From contig CBDANS010000005.1 in the NCBI GenBank assembly GCA_965197745.1, positions 288,001 through 352,000 of the forward strand: a DNA stretch of 64,000 bases, written 5' to 3'. Below the pieces are notes generated by a model. It was not told the origin of the DNA, searched no databases, and saw nothing but the letters and a program-made list of their open reading frames with translations. Of the stretch, positions 33,602 through 42,596 are shown piece after piece; within the stretch, counting starts at the first letter, position 1; every line of letters starts with the position of its first letter. The position numbers and the translations under genes were made by a program. The DNA is from Opitutales bacterium (GTDB taxonomy: Bacteria; Verrucomicrobiota; Verrucomicrobiia; Opitutales; PNEW01).

Positions 33602-34867
33602 ATGATGTTAGATACAGTTAATAAAAAGTTCGCTATTCTGTATGTAGACGATGAAGAAAAATCTCTACAAAATTTTAAGCGCGCCCTTAAAGATAAATTT
33701 AAAATTTTCACCGCGGTGAATGCGGAAGAAGGCTATCAGATATTTGAAAAGCATAATAGGGAAATAGGGCTGCTCATTACAGATCAGAGAATGCCGGGTG
33801 AAAAAGGCGTGGAATTATTAGAAAAGGCACGGCATTTACAACCCCGGGTCATCCGCATTCTCGTAACCGCTTACTCTGACATTGATGCCGCTATCGATGC
33901 GGTCAATGCAGGAGCGATATATAAATATGTCACTAAGCCGTGGGATATACGCGAACTGGAATTAACCTTAATGCGTGGTCTTGAGTTTTTTGCGGTGCTG
34001 AAAGAAAGAGATCGTCTGATGCAAGAGAAGTTTTCTGCGCTCCATAATATGGTCATTACAGACCGTGTCATCAGTCTCGGTATTCTTGCCGCGGGATTAG
34101 GTCATTATGTGCGTAACTCTATGGTTGCCGTTAGAACCTTCCTCGATTTAGCGCCGATGAGACTGAAAGAGGAAAATATTAACATAGATCATTTACAAAA
34201 TCCAAAGTTCTGGAAGGAGTTCTACGAACACGTCCAAAACCAGGTACTGAGAATTATTAAATTATTAGATGACCTCGGTATCGCTGCAGAAAATACCTCT
34301 ACTCTTCCAGATGAACAATTATCCCTGAAAGATGTAATTGAAAATGTCCAATTGAAATTAAGTGATGATCTGAAGAAAAAAGAGATAAATATAACCCGGG
34401 AATTTGCTGATGATTTGCCACTCTTGAACGTGGATAGCGTAAAGTTTCATCGTTTATTTGAGTTATTGCTTAAAGATGAATTAATAAATTTACCGTCCGG
34501 CAGTGACATTTACATCAAAGCAGAAAAAATTGATCCTGAGTACGAAGATGGATACAATGTTAAGTTGGAAATTGAAGATAATGGACCCGGTTTACCTGAA
34601 GATGAAATAAGTTCAATATTCGATCCCTTTTATTTGCGTGGAGCAGATCAGCAGGAATTTGGGATTAACCTTATGGCCTGCTATTTTATAGTGTATCACC
34701 ACGGTGGGCATATTGAAGTAAAGAGTAAGGAAGAAGAAGGCACAAAATTTATCCTCTCCTTTAAGGCAGACCATCAGGCAGTAGTAACGTTGGAGGAAGA
34801 ACGTGAATTTCTAACAAAAGTTCTGATGAATGAAAAAATGTGGGAGAAAATGCTTGCCGACTATTAA
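33602..34867 (+). CDS. Receiver + histidine-kinase domain protein (PhcR/PhcQ-like)
   Basis: REC LYVDDE..ITDQRM..KPW, then LAAGLGHYVRN, EDNGPG, FDPF, YHHGGHI; paralogue of the upstream gene. Confidence 0.78.
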   Translation: MMLDTVNKKFAILYVDDEEKSLQNFKRALKDKFKIFTAVNAEEGYQIFEKHNREIGLLITDQRMPGEKGVELLEKARHLQPRVIRILVTAYSDIDAAIDAVNAGAIYKYVTKPWDIRELELTLMRGLEFFAVLKERDRLMQEKFSALHNMVITDRVISLGILAAGLGHYVRNSMVAVRTFLDLAPMRLKEENINIDHLQNPKFWKEFYEHVQNQVLRIIKLLDDLGIAAENTSTLPDEQLSLKDVIENVQLKLSDDLKKKEINITREFADDLPLLNVDSVKFHRLFELLLKDELINLPSGSDIYIKAEKIDPEYEDGYNVKLEIEDNGPGLPEDEISSIFDPFYLRGADQQEFGINLMACYFIVYHHGGHIEVKSKEEEGTKFILSFKADHQAVVTLEEEREFLTKVLMNEKMWEKMLADY

Positions 34868-34954
34868 AGTTAGGAAATTTAACTTATATAAATCATTACA
34901 AGCATCTTAGTGAAATTAATTTTATAATTAGAGCTGAGAGCGTATTTCTGCGTT

Positions 34955-35122
34955 ATGATAAATTGTGAATTCTCTTCCACCGCGAGACCACCTGGACCAG
35001 GATTGGCGCTTTGTAAAAACTTACATGGGCGTATCGGCACCAAATGGGAAGAGCAGAGCGCGCTTCGTATTGGACGTCATTTTCTCTATGCACTACCCCT
35101 CATAAATTTATCTCGAAAATAA
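34955..35122 (+). pseudogene. Possible remnant of a histidine kinase HATPase C-terminus
   Basis: 55-aa ORF containing GPGLALCKNLHGRIG..GRHFLYALP, resembling the GxGLxxCxxxxxxHGGxI...GxxFxxxLP pattern with deletions. Confidence 0.4.
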
Positions 35123-35200
35123 CATAAGAGAAAAAGATTTGTAGGACCTTATGTATTAGATGGGATATATTTGATGTGATTATACAGGGGATTCAGGAAA

Positions 35201-36382
35201 ATGGCTAAGAATGTTCATATTGCGGTAATTGGAGCGGGAGCTTTTGGCTCCTGGACCGCATTCTTCCTTTTGCAGAAGGGCGCGCGTGTCACCTTGCTCG
35301 ATTCATGGGGACCGGGAAATTCGAGATCCAGTTCAGGGGGAGATACCCGTGTGCTCAGAGCCGGTTATGGTGAAAAAACACATTATGTAGAACTGGTAGC
35401 CCGATCCTTGAAACTCTGGAAAGAATGGGAAAGTCACTGGCAGTGTAAGCTCTATCATCCAACAGGACTTCTACGCATGTATAGAGATGATGATTCCTCG
35501 ATGCAGGTTTGTCTGCCTGCCTTGAGGAAATGTAAACTGCCGGTTGAAAAACTGTCGATCGAAGCGGCTTCTAAACGATTTCCACAAGTAAGTTTTAATG
35601 CTGTAAAGCATGTCTATTATGAAGAAGAAGCGGGCTATTTACTCGCTCGTCGTTCCTGTCAAATAGTAGTTAATGGTTTTCTCCAGGCGGGAGGTGAATA
35701 CAGGCAGGCTACGGTAAACCCTGTCTCTAATCATAAGGGCGCATTTGAATCATTGGAACTTGTTGATGGCTCCCGTTTCGCAGCAGATCAGTATCTCTTT
35801 ACCTGTGGACCCTGGCTGGGGCAGCTATTCCCCGACTGGCTTGGGCCCTACATCCGGCCCAGTCGCCAGGAGGTTCATTATTTTGGGTCTCCAGCTGGCG
35901 ATCGTCGATTTCTCGAAGAACAGATGCCTGTCTGGTGTGACATTGGTGAAAAGGTATATTATGGAATTCCTGGGAATGAACACCGAGGCTTTAAAATCGC
36001 TTTTGACAAACCAGGTCCGGATTTTGATCCCACAAACGGCGATCGAATTCCCTCAGCTGAAGGCATTGCAGACGCACGTCGACAGCTGGCTGAACGCTTT
36101 CCTGAATTAGGGACGCCCCCGCTTTTAGAAGCGCGTGTCTGTCAATATGAAAATAGTCCGGATACGGATTTGATCATTGATAGACACCCAGAATTTTCAA
36201 ATCTCTGGATTGCCGGAGGAGGATCAGGACATGGCTTTAAAATGGGACCTGCAATTGGAGAGTATCTGGCTGCTCGTGTGCTCGAAGAATCACGAGGGGA
36301 GGGTATAAAATTTGATCCCATTTTTGCGATTGATCGATTCAGTGGCGCTATAAACTTTTTAAGCACGGGGGCTATAACCTGA
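35201..36382 (+). CDS. FAD-dependent oxidoreductase, monomeric sarcosine oxidase/SolA family
   Basis: IGAGAFG, SSSGGDTRVLR, VCQYENSPD (flavinylation Cys position), GSGHGFKMGP. Confidence 0.85.
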   Translation: MAKNVHIAVIGAGAFGSWTAFFLLQKGARVTLLDSWGPGNSRSSSGGDTRVLRAGYGEKTHYVELVARSLKLWKEWESHWQCKLYHPTGLLRMYRDDDSSMQVCLPALRKCKLPVEKLSIEAASKRFPQVSFNAVKHVYYEEEAGYLLARRSCQIVVNGFLQAGGEYRQATVNPVSNHKGAFESLELVDGSRFAADQYLFTCGPWLGQLFPDWLGPYIRPSRQEVHYFGSPAGDRRFLEEQMPVWCDIGEKVYYGIPGNEHRGFKIAFDKPGPDFDPTNGDRIPSAEGIADARRQLAERFPELGTPPLLEARVCQYENSPDTDLIIDRHPEFSNLWIAGGGSGHGFKMGPAIGEYLAARVLEESRGEGIKFDPIFAIDRFSGAINFLSTGAIT

Positions 36383-36441
36383 CTTTACAATTTACCCTTA
36401 ATAATTAAGCATTTGATAATAGCTTAAATGGAGATTCCCCA

Positions 36442-37263
36442 ATGATTAAAAAGCCCGAAACCCTGATTCATAAGGATTTTCACTATGGTGACGAGGAACA
36501 CGCGCACTATGAGAAGAAAGGTTATTTTATTTTCGATAATTTTCTTACAGGAGAAGCCATCGCTTATTGTCGCGAGCAAATGGAGCGAATGATTGGGCAA
36601 CTCTATTCCAAATTCTCACCAGACATGATGATTGGGACTCATCAATTGGGCGAACAGTGGATTTGTGATCTGGCTACAGAACCTAAATTATTAGATCTAT
36701 TAGAGCGACATATCGGACCTGATCTGGTTCTGTGGGCTTCACACCTTCTATGCAAGCAACCACAGACGGGGCGTCCAGTACCTTGGCATCAGGATGCTCC
36801 CTATTGGAATATATCGGGGCCGTTTTCGGGTAGCGTGTGGGTGCCTTTTGATGATATTGATGACGATAATGGTGCGATGGCAATCATCCCCGGTTGGCAC
36901 CATAAGGGCACATTACCAAAACTTTATAGAGATAAGGAATTTGAGGAATTTGATGAGGAAATCGATCCCAAAGTTTTACCCGAAAATATTGATGAGGTTA
37001 AAGTTAAATACATTATGCGGGCCGGGCAGATGGCCATTCATCATACGATGTTACCCCATAACTCGGTGCCAAATAGATCAGACAGATGGCATCGTGTTCT
37101 GGTTCTTCGTTATATGGTAAGCGATTGTGAAACGCATAATATGGAATATGAAGATTATAGGACGGGTGTGAAATTTCCTCGTGATTATTATTTAGTGCGA
37201 GGGCGAGATACACTCAATCAAGGCTTGAATACGGAACTTCATAAACATCCCGTGAATAACTGA
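36442..37263 (+). CDS. Phytanoyl-CoA dioxygenase (PhyH)-family Fe(II)/2OG oxygenase
   Basis: PWHQDAPYW (HxD), DNGAM.IIPG.H, distal His in LPHNSVPNRSDRWHR. Confidence 0.85.
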   Translation: MIKKPETLIHKDFHYGDEEHAHYEKKGYFIFDNFLTGEAIAYCREQMERMIGQLYSKFSPDMMIGTHQLGEQWICDLATEPKLLDLLERHIGPDLVLWASHLLCKQPQTGRPVPWHQDAPYWNISGPFSGSVWVPFDDIDDDNGAMAIIPGWHHKGTLPKLYRDKEFEEFDEEIDPKVLPENIDEVKVKYIMRAGQMAIHHTMLPHNSVPNRSDRWHRVLVLRYMVSDCETHNMEYEDYRTGVKFPRDYYLVRGRDTLNQGLNTELHKHPVNN

Positions 37264-37283
37264 AAATTCAAGTAATCCTGTTT

Positions 37284-38270
37284 ATGCCAAAGAAGATATT
37301 AAAGGTGGGAGAATCTTTTTGGGAAAATTTATCTCCAGGTTTTCATCATAGGCGAATAGGAACTAAAAAAGTTGGTTTTGAGAGTTATGTCTGGAAAGGT
37401 GAACCTGGCCCGGTCGTGTTAGCAAATGGAGGAACGCATGGCGATGAGTATGAAGGCCCAACTTTTTTAATGTCCCTGGTCAGATCCTGGAGGCCGAAAA
37501 AACTCCGGGGAACAGTAGTTATAGTCCCGGTATTAAACGAAGCTGCTTTTATGGCGGGGTTAAGATGTCACCCCACTGATGGGAAAAATTTGGCTCGATC
37601 ATTTCCGGGGAAACCCGGGGGGAGTCCCGTTGATCGCCTGGCTAATATATTTCTTAAAGAAGCAATACGACACAGCGATTATTATTTTGATTTTCACAGC
37701 GCGGGTGTTCTCTATGAAATCGCACCCTGGGTCGGATACATGACGCATCCGGACCGAAAAGTAAATGAAGCTCAGAAGAAGATGGCTGCCTGTTTTGACG
37801 AATACTGGTGCTGGGCAGCGCCCTATATATCCGGGCGAACAGCCAGTGCTGCTTACGAATCAAATATCCCTTTCATTTATACCGAAGGGCAAGGTGGTGG
37901 TGGTATTTTGGAGAAAGACATCAAGATCATCAAAGATGGCTTTTTTGAATTTTTAAAACGGTTTGGATTTATAAAAGGAAAGAAGAGAAAATTACGTAAT
38001 CAGAAAAAAAGAACCAGTAAGACAGCCGAGGAAACCTTTTTACAAATTCATCACAAGGCTCCGGTCACCGGAATCCTGAATCTCAGCGTGAAATTAAAGG
38101 CTGCGGTAAAGAAAGATCAAATTCTGGGATATGTAGACCCACTTGGTAATTCAAGAAGGAAAGAAGTTAAAGCAGAGATGACTGGAAAGGTTGTGTTTCT
38201 GCGCCGTAAAGCCTCGATTAAAAAAGGGGAAGCCATATTGGCGATCGCGCCAATAGCGGGAAAATTGTAA
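37284..38270 (+). CDS. Succinylglutamate desuccinylase/aspartoacylase-family Zn hydrolase
   Basis: GGTHGDEYEG, NLARSFPG, DFHSAG, C-terminal barrel-sandwich domain. Confidence 0.85.
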   Translation: MPKKILKVGESFWENLSPGFHHRRIGTKKVGFESYVWKGEPGPVVLANGGTHGDEYEGPTFLMSLVRSWRPKKLRGTVVIVPVLNEAAFMAGLRCHPTDGKNLARSFPGKPGGSPVDRLANIFLKEAIRHSDYYFDFHSAGVLYEIAPWVGYMTHPDRKVNEAQKKMAACFDEYWCWAAPYISGRTASAAYESNIPFIYTEGQGGGGILEKDIKIIKDGFFEFLKRFGFIKGKKRKLRNQKKRTSKTAEETFLQIHHKAPVTGILNLSVKLKAAVKKDQILGYVDPLGNSRRKEVKAEMTGKVVFLRRKASIKKGEAILAIAPIAGKL

Positions 38271-38377
38271 GGCACCATTCAAAAATTGCTATTTCAGCTT
38301 TCCTCAGGGGAAGTCAACGCGTCGCTCGAATGGTAAAATTAACGGTTCAATTCAAGACAAGGAATTAAATACAGAAA

Positions 38378-39151
38378 ATGCCGAAAATGAATGCCTCTCT
38401 TCCTCTACAGGGGAAATCAATTATTTTAACGGGTGGAAATAATATTGGTAAAGCTATTTTGGAAACGACGGTGGCTCAGGGCGCGAGCGTCGCTGTTGGG
38501 CAACGCAATCTGAAACCTCTAAAAGTGCTGGCTGATAAATATCCCGGAAAAGTTTTTCCCTTTCAGATTGATATATCTAAATCGGAAAATTGTTACCGCT
38601 TTATTGAGGAAGCCACGGATGCTCTTGGGAAGATTGATATTCTCGTAAATAATGCGGCCATAACCGGTCCACCCGCCCTTTCCCTTTTTCTAAATAACAC
38701 TCCAGAATTTGTTGATCGCATTATAGATACTAATTTAAAAGGGCTGATCCATTGTTCTCTAGGAGCGGCAAAGCTGATGAAGAAAAAGAAAAAAGGTGTA
38801 ATCATTCATATTTCTTCGGTTCTCGCCTTTGCCGCGATGGAGGGGGGCAGTATATATTCAGCGACTAAATCAGCAATTACGGCGTTAACAAAATCAATGG
38901 CACTGGAACTTTTTAAAAATGGCATTCGCGTCGTGACCGTTGCCCCGGGTGATATCAGGGTGGATACTCAAAAGGAACAGGAAAAATTAACCCAGGCGAT
39001 CAAGGTGGACAAACGGTTTGTCAAAACAACGCCTCTTGGGCAGGGGGAGATTAACGATGTGTCCGAAGTCGTAGCTTTTTTATGCTCTGATAAAGCGAAA
39101 TTTGTGACTGGAACTACCTGGGTGACTGATGGGGGTTACTTAACCCACTAA
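38378..39151 (+). CDS. SDR-family oxidoreductase
   Basis: TGGNNIG, NNAA, YSATK catalytic motif, APG, VTDGG. Confidence 0.9.
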   Translation: MPKMNASLPLQGKSIILTGGNNIGKAILETTVAQGASVAVGQRNLKPLKVLADKYPGKVFPFQIDISKSENCYRFIEEATDALGKIDILVNNAAITGPPALSLFLNNTPEFVDRIIDTNLKGLIHCSLGAAKLMKKKKKGVIIHISSVLAFAAMEGGSIYSATKSAITALTKSMALELFKNGIRVVTVAPGDIRVDTQKEQEKLTQAIKVDKRFVKTTPLGQGEINDVSEVVAFLCSDKAKFVTGTTWVTDGGYLTH

Positions 39152-39236
39152 GCTATTATCTAATCTGAGCACGATGATATTCAGATTGTTCCTTAATCCT
39201 GATTAAGCCTGAGGACTTATGAAGATTAATGGTGAA

Positions 39237-40601
39237 TTAAATATTCATACCGGGTATATCGCCACTCATCCCGGGAAATTTCCCCCCTAAAGACTGCATT
39301 TTATTCAGCATTTTTTTGCCTTTAGCGCCTTTCATTTTTTTCATCATTTTACGCATCATCGTAAACTGCTTGATCAGGGCATTAACCTCACGAACTTCTA
39401 CCCCTGAACCGGCGGCAATGCGCATGCGACGTCTTCCATTTAGGAGATTCGGATTTATTCTTTCCTGGGGGGTCATGGATAGAATTATAGCTTCAGTGCG
39501 GCTAAGTTGATTTTCTTCTTTATCTCCAATTTCCACATTGTTCATCCCGGGGAGCATGTCGACAATTGATCCGAGTGAACCAAGCTTTTTGACTTGGCGA
39601 AATTGGGCGAGCATATCTTCGTAATTGAAATCTGCCTTGCGCATTTTTTCGGCCATGCGCAGAGCATCCTCTTCGTCAATAGTCTCCTGCGCTTTTTCGA
39701 CCAGAGACACGACGTCTCCCATCCCGAGGATACGAGACGCCATGCGGTCAGGATGGAACAGTTCAAACTCTGTAACTTTTTCTCCAAGTCCCATGAATTT
39801 TATGGGGACATTGGTAATCGCTTTCATGGAGAGTGCTGCGCCGCCACGCGCGTCTCCATCAAGTTTGGTCAGAACAATTCCGGTCAAACTGACCGCTTCA
39901 TTAAATGTCCTGGAAATATTAACGGCCTCCTGGCCAAGAGCGCTGTCGGCAACGAGCAGAATTTCATCCGGCACGAGGCGTTTTTTTAAAAGCATTAATT
40001 CACCGATTAAATCATCGTTTAATTGTAAGCGCCCTGCCGTATCGAAAATAATAGCATCCGCATTATTTTTCTTGGCAAAAGCAAGTCCCTTCACGGCAAT
40101 TTTCGCCACATCTTTCCCTGAAGGTTCACCGTAAAATAAGTAATTCTCATTGCGTGAAAGCGTTTCGAGTTGATCGATTGCCGCGGGACGATAAATATCA
40201 CAGGCCACGAGAAGGGGAGTATAACCCTTTTTATGCAGATACCGTGCAAGCTTAACACTGCTTGTGGTTTTACCTGAACCGTGCAAACCGATCAGCATTA
40301 TTTTTAATGGGTGTTTATCGACGAGGTCAGTGGTTCCTTCCCCCAGGAGTCGCACGAGTTCGTCGTGAATTATTTTGACGAGCATTTGCCCTGGTGTGAC
40401 CGACTGGGTTATATTTTGCCCAAGACATTCCGATGACACCCTTTCCGTAAATTCCCGGGCCACCCGGAAGTGTACATCAGCGGAAAGCAAAGAGGCCCGT
40501 ACCTCTTTTAATGTGTCCTCCATATTTTTTTCAGACAACTTGCCTACACCCCGCACATTGCGCAGAGCATTTCCCAGGCGTTCTGTTAGTGTTTCTAACA
40601 T
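39237..40601 (-). CDS. ffh: Signal recognition particle protein Ffh
   Basis: [35 protein letters not shown], Met-rich M domain. Confidence 0.97.
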   Translation of the reverse strand: MLETLTERLGNALRNVRGVGKLSEKNMEDTLKEVRASLLSADVHFRVAREFTERVSSECLGQNITQSVTPGQMLVKIIHDELVRLLGEGTTDLVDKHPLKIMLIGLHGSGKTTSSVKLARYLHKKGYTPLLVACDIYRPAAIDQLETLSRNENYLFYGEPSGKDVAKIAVKGLAFAKKNNADAIIFDTAGRLQLNDDLIGELMLLKKRLVPDEILLVADSALGQEAVNISRTFNEAVSLTGIVLTKLDGDARGGAALSMKAITNVPIKFMGLGEKVTEFELFHPDRMASRILGMGDVVSLVEKAQETIDEEDALRMAEKMRKADFNYEDMLAQFRQVKKLGSLGSIVDMLPGMNNVEIGDKEENQLSRTEAIILSMTPQERINPNLLNGRRRMRIAAGSGVEVREVNALIKQFTMMRKMMKKMKGAKGKKMLNKMQSLGGKFPGMSGDIPGMNI

Positions 40602-40634
40602 CTGTTATAGCTGGATTTTAAAAGCGGATCGTAT

Positions 40635-41177
40635 TTATTTTTTGCGGTGATCAGATTTCGTATTTCTTTTTTTTAAGAAAAATGCTTGTAACAATTCGCG
40701 ACATTCATTTTCGAAGACACCCCGTTTGATTTCGAGGTGATGATTAAAGTCGGGTAAGATATTTATATCAGTAGCGCCACCAAAGCAGCCCATTTTAAAA
40801 TCGCTTACGGCAAAGACAACCCGTGAAAGTCTCGCCATAATGGCTGCGCCTGAGCACATCGGGCAAGGCTCTTTTGTGACAAATAGCGTGGCCCCGTTTA
40901 ATCGCCAATCACCGATATGTTTACTTGCCTGGGTAATGGCCAATATTTCAGCATGCGCGGTGGGATCACTCATCGCTTCTACCTGGTTATAGGCTGAAGC
41001 TATGACTTCACCATCATGTTCAATAATGGCCCCCACAGGGACTTCATCATGATGCCACGCTTCGATAGATTGATTGTAGGCAAGTTTCATAAAAAAAATG
41101 TCATCCCGCACGAGTTGAGAAGGATAGATCTTCTGAAAGAGAGCGTGTTCGGATCCATTATGTTTATTTTCATGCAT
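40635..41177 (-). CDS. tadA: tRNA adenosine(34) deaminase TadA
   Basis: EVPVGA, DPTAHAE, EPCPMC. Start uncertain. Confidence 0.9.
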   Translation of the reverse strand: MHENKHNGSEHALFQKIYPSQLVRDDIFFMKLAYNQSIEAWHHDEVPVGAIIEHDGEVIASAYNQVEAMSDPTAHAEILAITQASKHIGDWRLNGATLFVTKEPCPMCSGAAIMARLSRVVFAVSDFKMGCFGGATDINILPDFNHHLEIKRGVFENECRELLQAFFLKKRNTKSDHRKK

Positions 41178-41295
41178 GCAGAGTATTGTTCAATTGAATT
41201 TAATTTATTTATAAATCCTTGACTATACCTTTAAATAAAGTCTCAGATGAGATGTCAAAACCGTGTTTTAAGGGAACGCAATTTTTAAATATTTA

Positions 41296-41571
41296 ATGCC
41301 AAACGAAGAAATAGTAGAAGTCGAAGGTAAGATTGTAGCTGTTTTACCCGGAACCATGTTTCGTGTCGAGTTGGAGAATAATCATCAAGTTCTTGCTCAT
41401 ATTTCTGGTAAATTGCGAAAGAATTTTATCAAAATTACAGTGGGTGACACGGTAAAAATGGAAATGAGCCCCTATGATCTTGAAAAGGCGCGCATCGTAT
41501 ATCGCCTGCGCAATGCTTCTGCTCAGCGCAACCGGCCCATTCGCAGTTACGGACCTCGTCGAAAAAAATAG
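41296..41571 (+). CDS. infA: Translation initiation factor IF-1
   Basis: [31 protein letters not shown], plus a basic C-terminal extension. Confidence 0.96.
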   Translation: MPNEEIVEVEGKIVAVLPGTMFRVELENNHQVLAHISGKLRKNFIKITVGDTVKMEMSPYDLEKARIVYRLRNASAQRNRPIRSYGPRRKK

Positions 41572-41647
41572 GCTGATTAAATACCCTTATTTGAAATAAA
41601 GGGATGGTTCCCCTTTTAAGTTAAAGTTCCTCGGATATTAAATTCGT

Positions 41648-42595
41648 TTAAGGTCCAAATATAACCAGTGCGAGTTCCGAAAAGTAGGCATCAACCTGCT
41701 TATGGAAATAAAGAAAATAGAGGAGCCCGGCAAGGGCCAGCATAGGACCGAAAGGAACCTCGCGACCGCTTATTTTTTCTTCGTCATCACTATCGGGAGA
41801 TGTTGATACTTCGGTTTCACCCGTATCCTGGTGATTTTCACCTTTGGGAGGCAGTTTGAAAATAACCGCGATTAGTTTATAAATAATATAACCTATGGTT
41901 CCGATAACGGCACCGCCAAAAACGGCAAAGATACTTCCTTGCCAGCCGCAAAATGCGCCGATGGCACCGAGAAATTTCACATCACCAAAACCCATGGCTT
42001 CGCGACGCAAAACCGTTTCAGCAAGGAGACCAATCCACAATACTAATGCCGAACCGATAAATGCGCCGGTAATCGCTGTTATTCCAGAATGGAGACTGGC
42101 AATGAGAAAAATATTTTCGGATATATCATGTAGTTCAGGCACGGCAAAAGCAAGGACTACCCCTGTGACCATACCGCCTATAGTAAAACGATCAGGAATG
42201 ATCATGTATTCGAAATCAATAAATGTGGCACAAATAAGAATGGAGCATAAAACCATTCCGCAGAGTGCTTTGCCTGGTGAAAATGCAAGCCAGCACAGAA
42301 GAAAGAGTATGGCTGTGAGGCTTTCTACCAGAGGATAACGCCAACCAATCGGCTGTCCCGAATTCCTGCCTTTGCCACGCAGAATAATGAAACTGATTAT
42401 AGGAATATTGTCATACCAGGCTATTGGCTCCCCCGATACAGGGCAGAAACTACGGGGATGAATAACTGATTTCCCTATGGGGATACGATAGATACAAACA
42501 TTAAGAAAGCTTCCCACAATCGACCCAAAGATAAATGTCATGGTGGGGAAAAACCAGGAATAATAACTTTGGATTAATAAAAACTGTTCGTACAT
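41648..42595 (-). CDS. pilD: Type IV prepilin peptidase/N-methyltransferase
   Basis: GSFLNVCIYRIP, YDNIPI.S, FIDFE (Asp), MGFGDVKF, PFGPML. Confidence 0.92.
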   Translation of the reverse strand: MYEQFLLIQSYYSWFFPTMTFIFGSIVGSFLNVCIYRIPIGKSVIHPRSFCPVSGEPIAWYDNIPIISFIILRGKGRNSGQPIGWRYPLVESLTAILFLLCWLAFSPGKALCGMVLCSILICATFIDFEYMIIPDRFTIGGMVTGVVLAFAVPELHDISENIFLIASLHSGITAITGAFIGSALVLWIGLLAETVLRREAMGFGDVKFLGAIGAFCGWQGSIFAVFGGAVIGTIGYIIYKLIAVIFKLPPKGENHQDTGETEVSTSPDSDDEEKISGREVPFGPMLALAGLLYFLYFHKQVDAYFSELALVIFGP

Positions 42596-42596
42596 T

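Noticed and set aside
34868..39236. attR duplicate of the tRNA-Cys 3' end or an integrase
   Set aside because: No convincing direct repeat found by eye (TTCCACCGCGAGACCA near 34975 is too weak) and no recombinase ORF.
39316..40650. Overlapping + strand ORFs opposite ffh, and similar short antisense or alternate-frame ORFs throughout the window
   Set aside because: No recognisable motifs; fully overlapped by well-supported genes.
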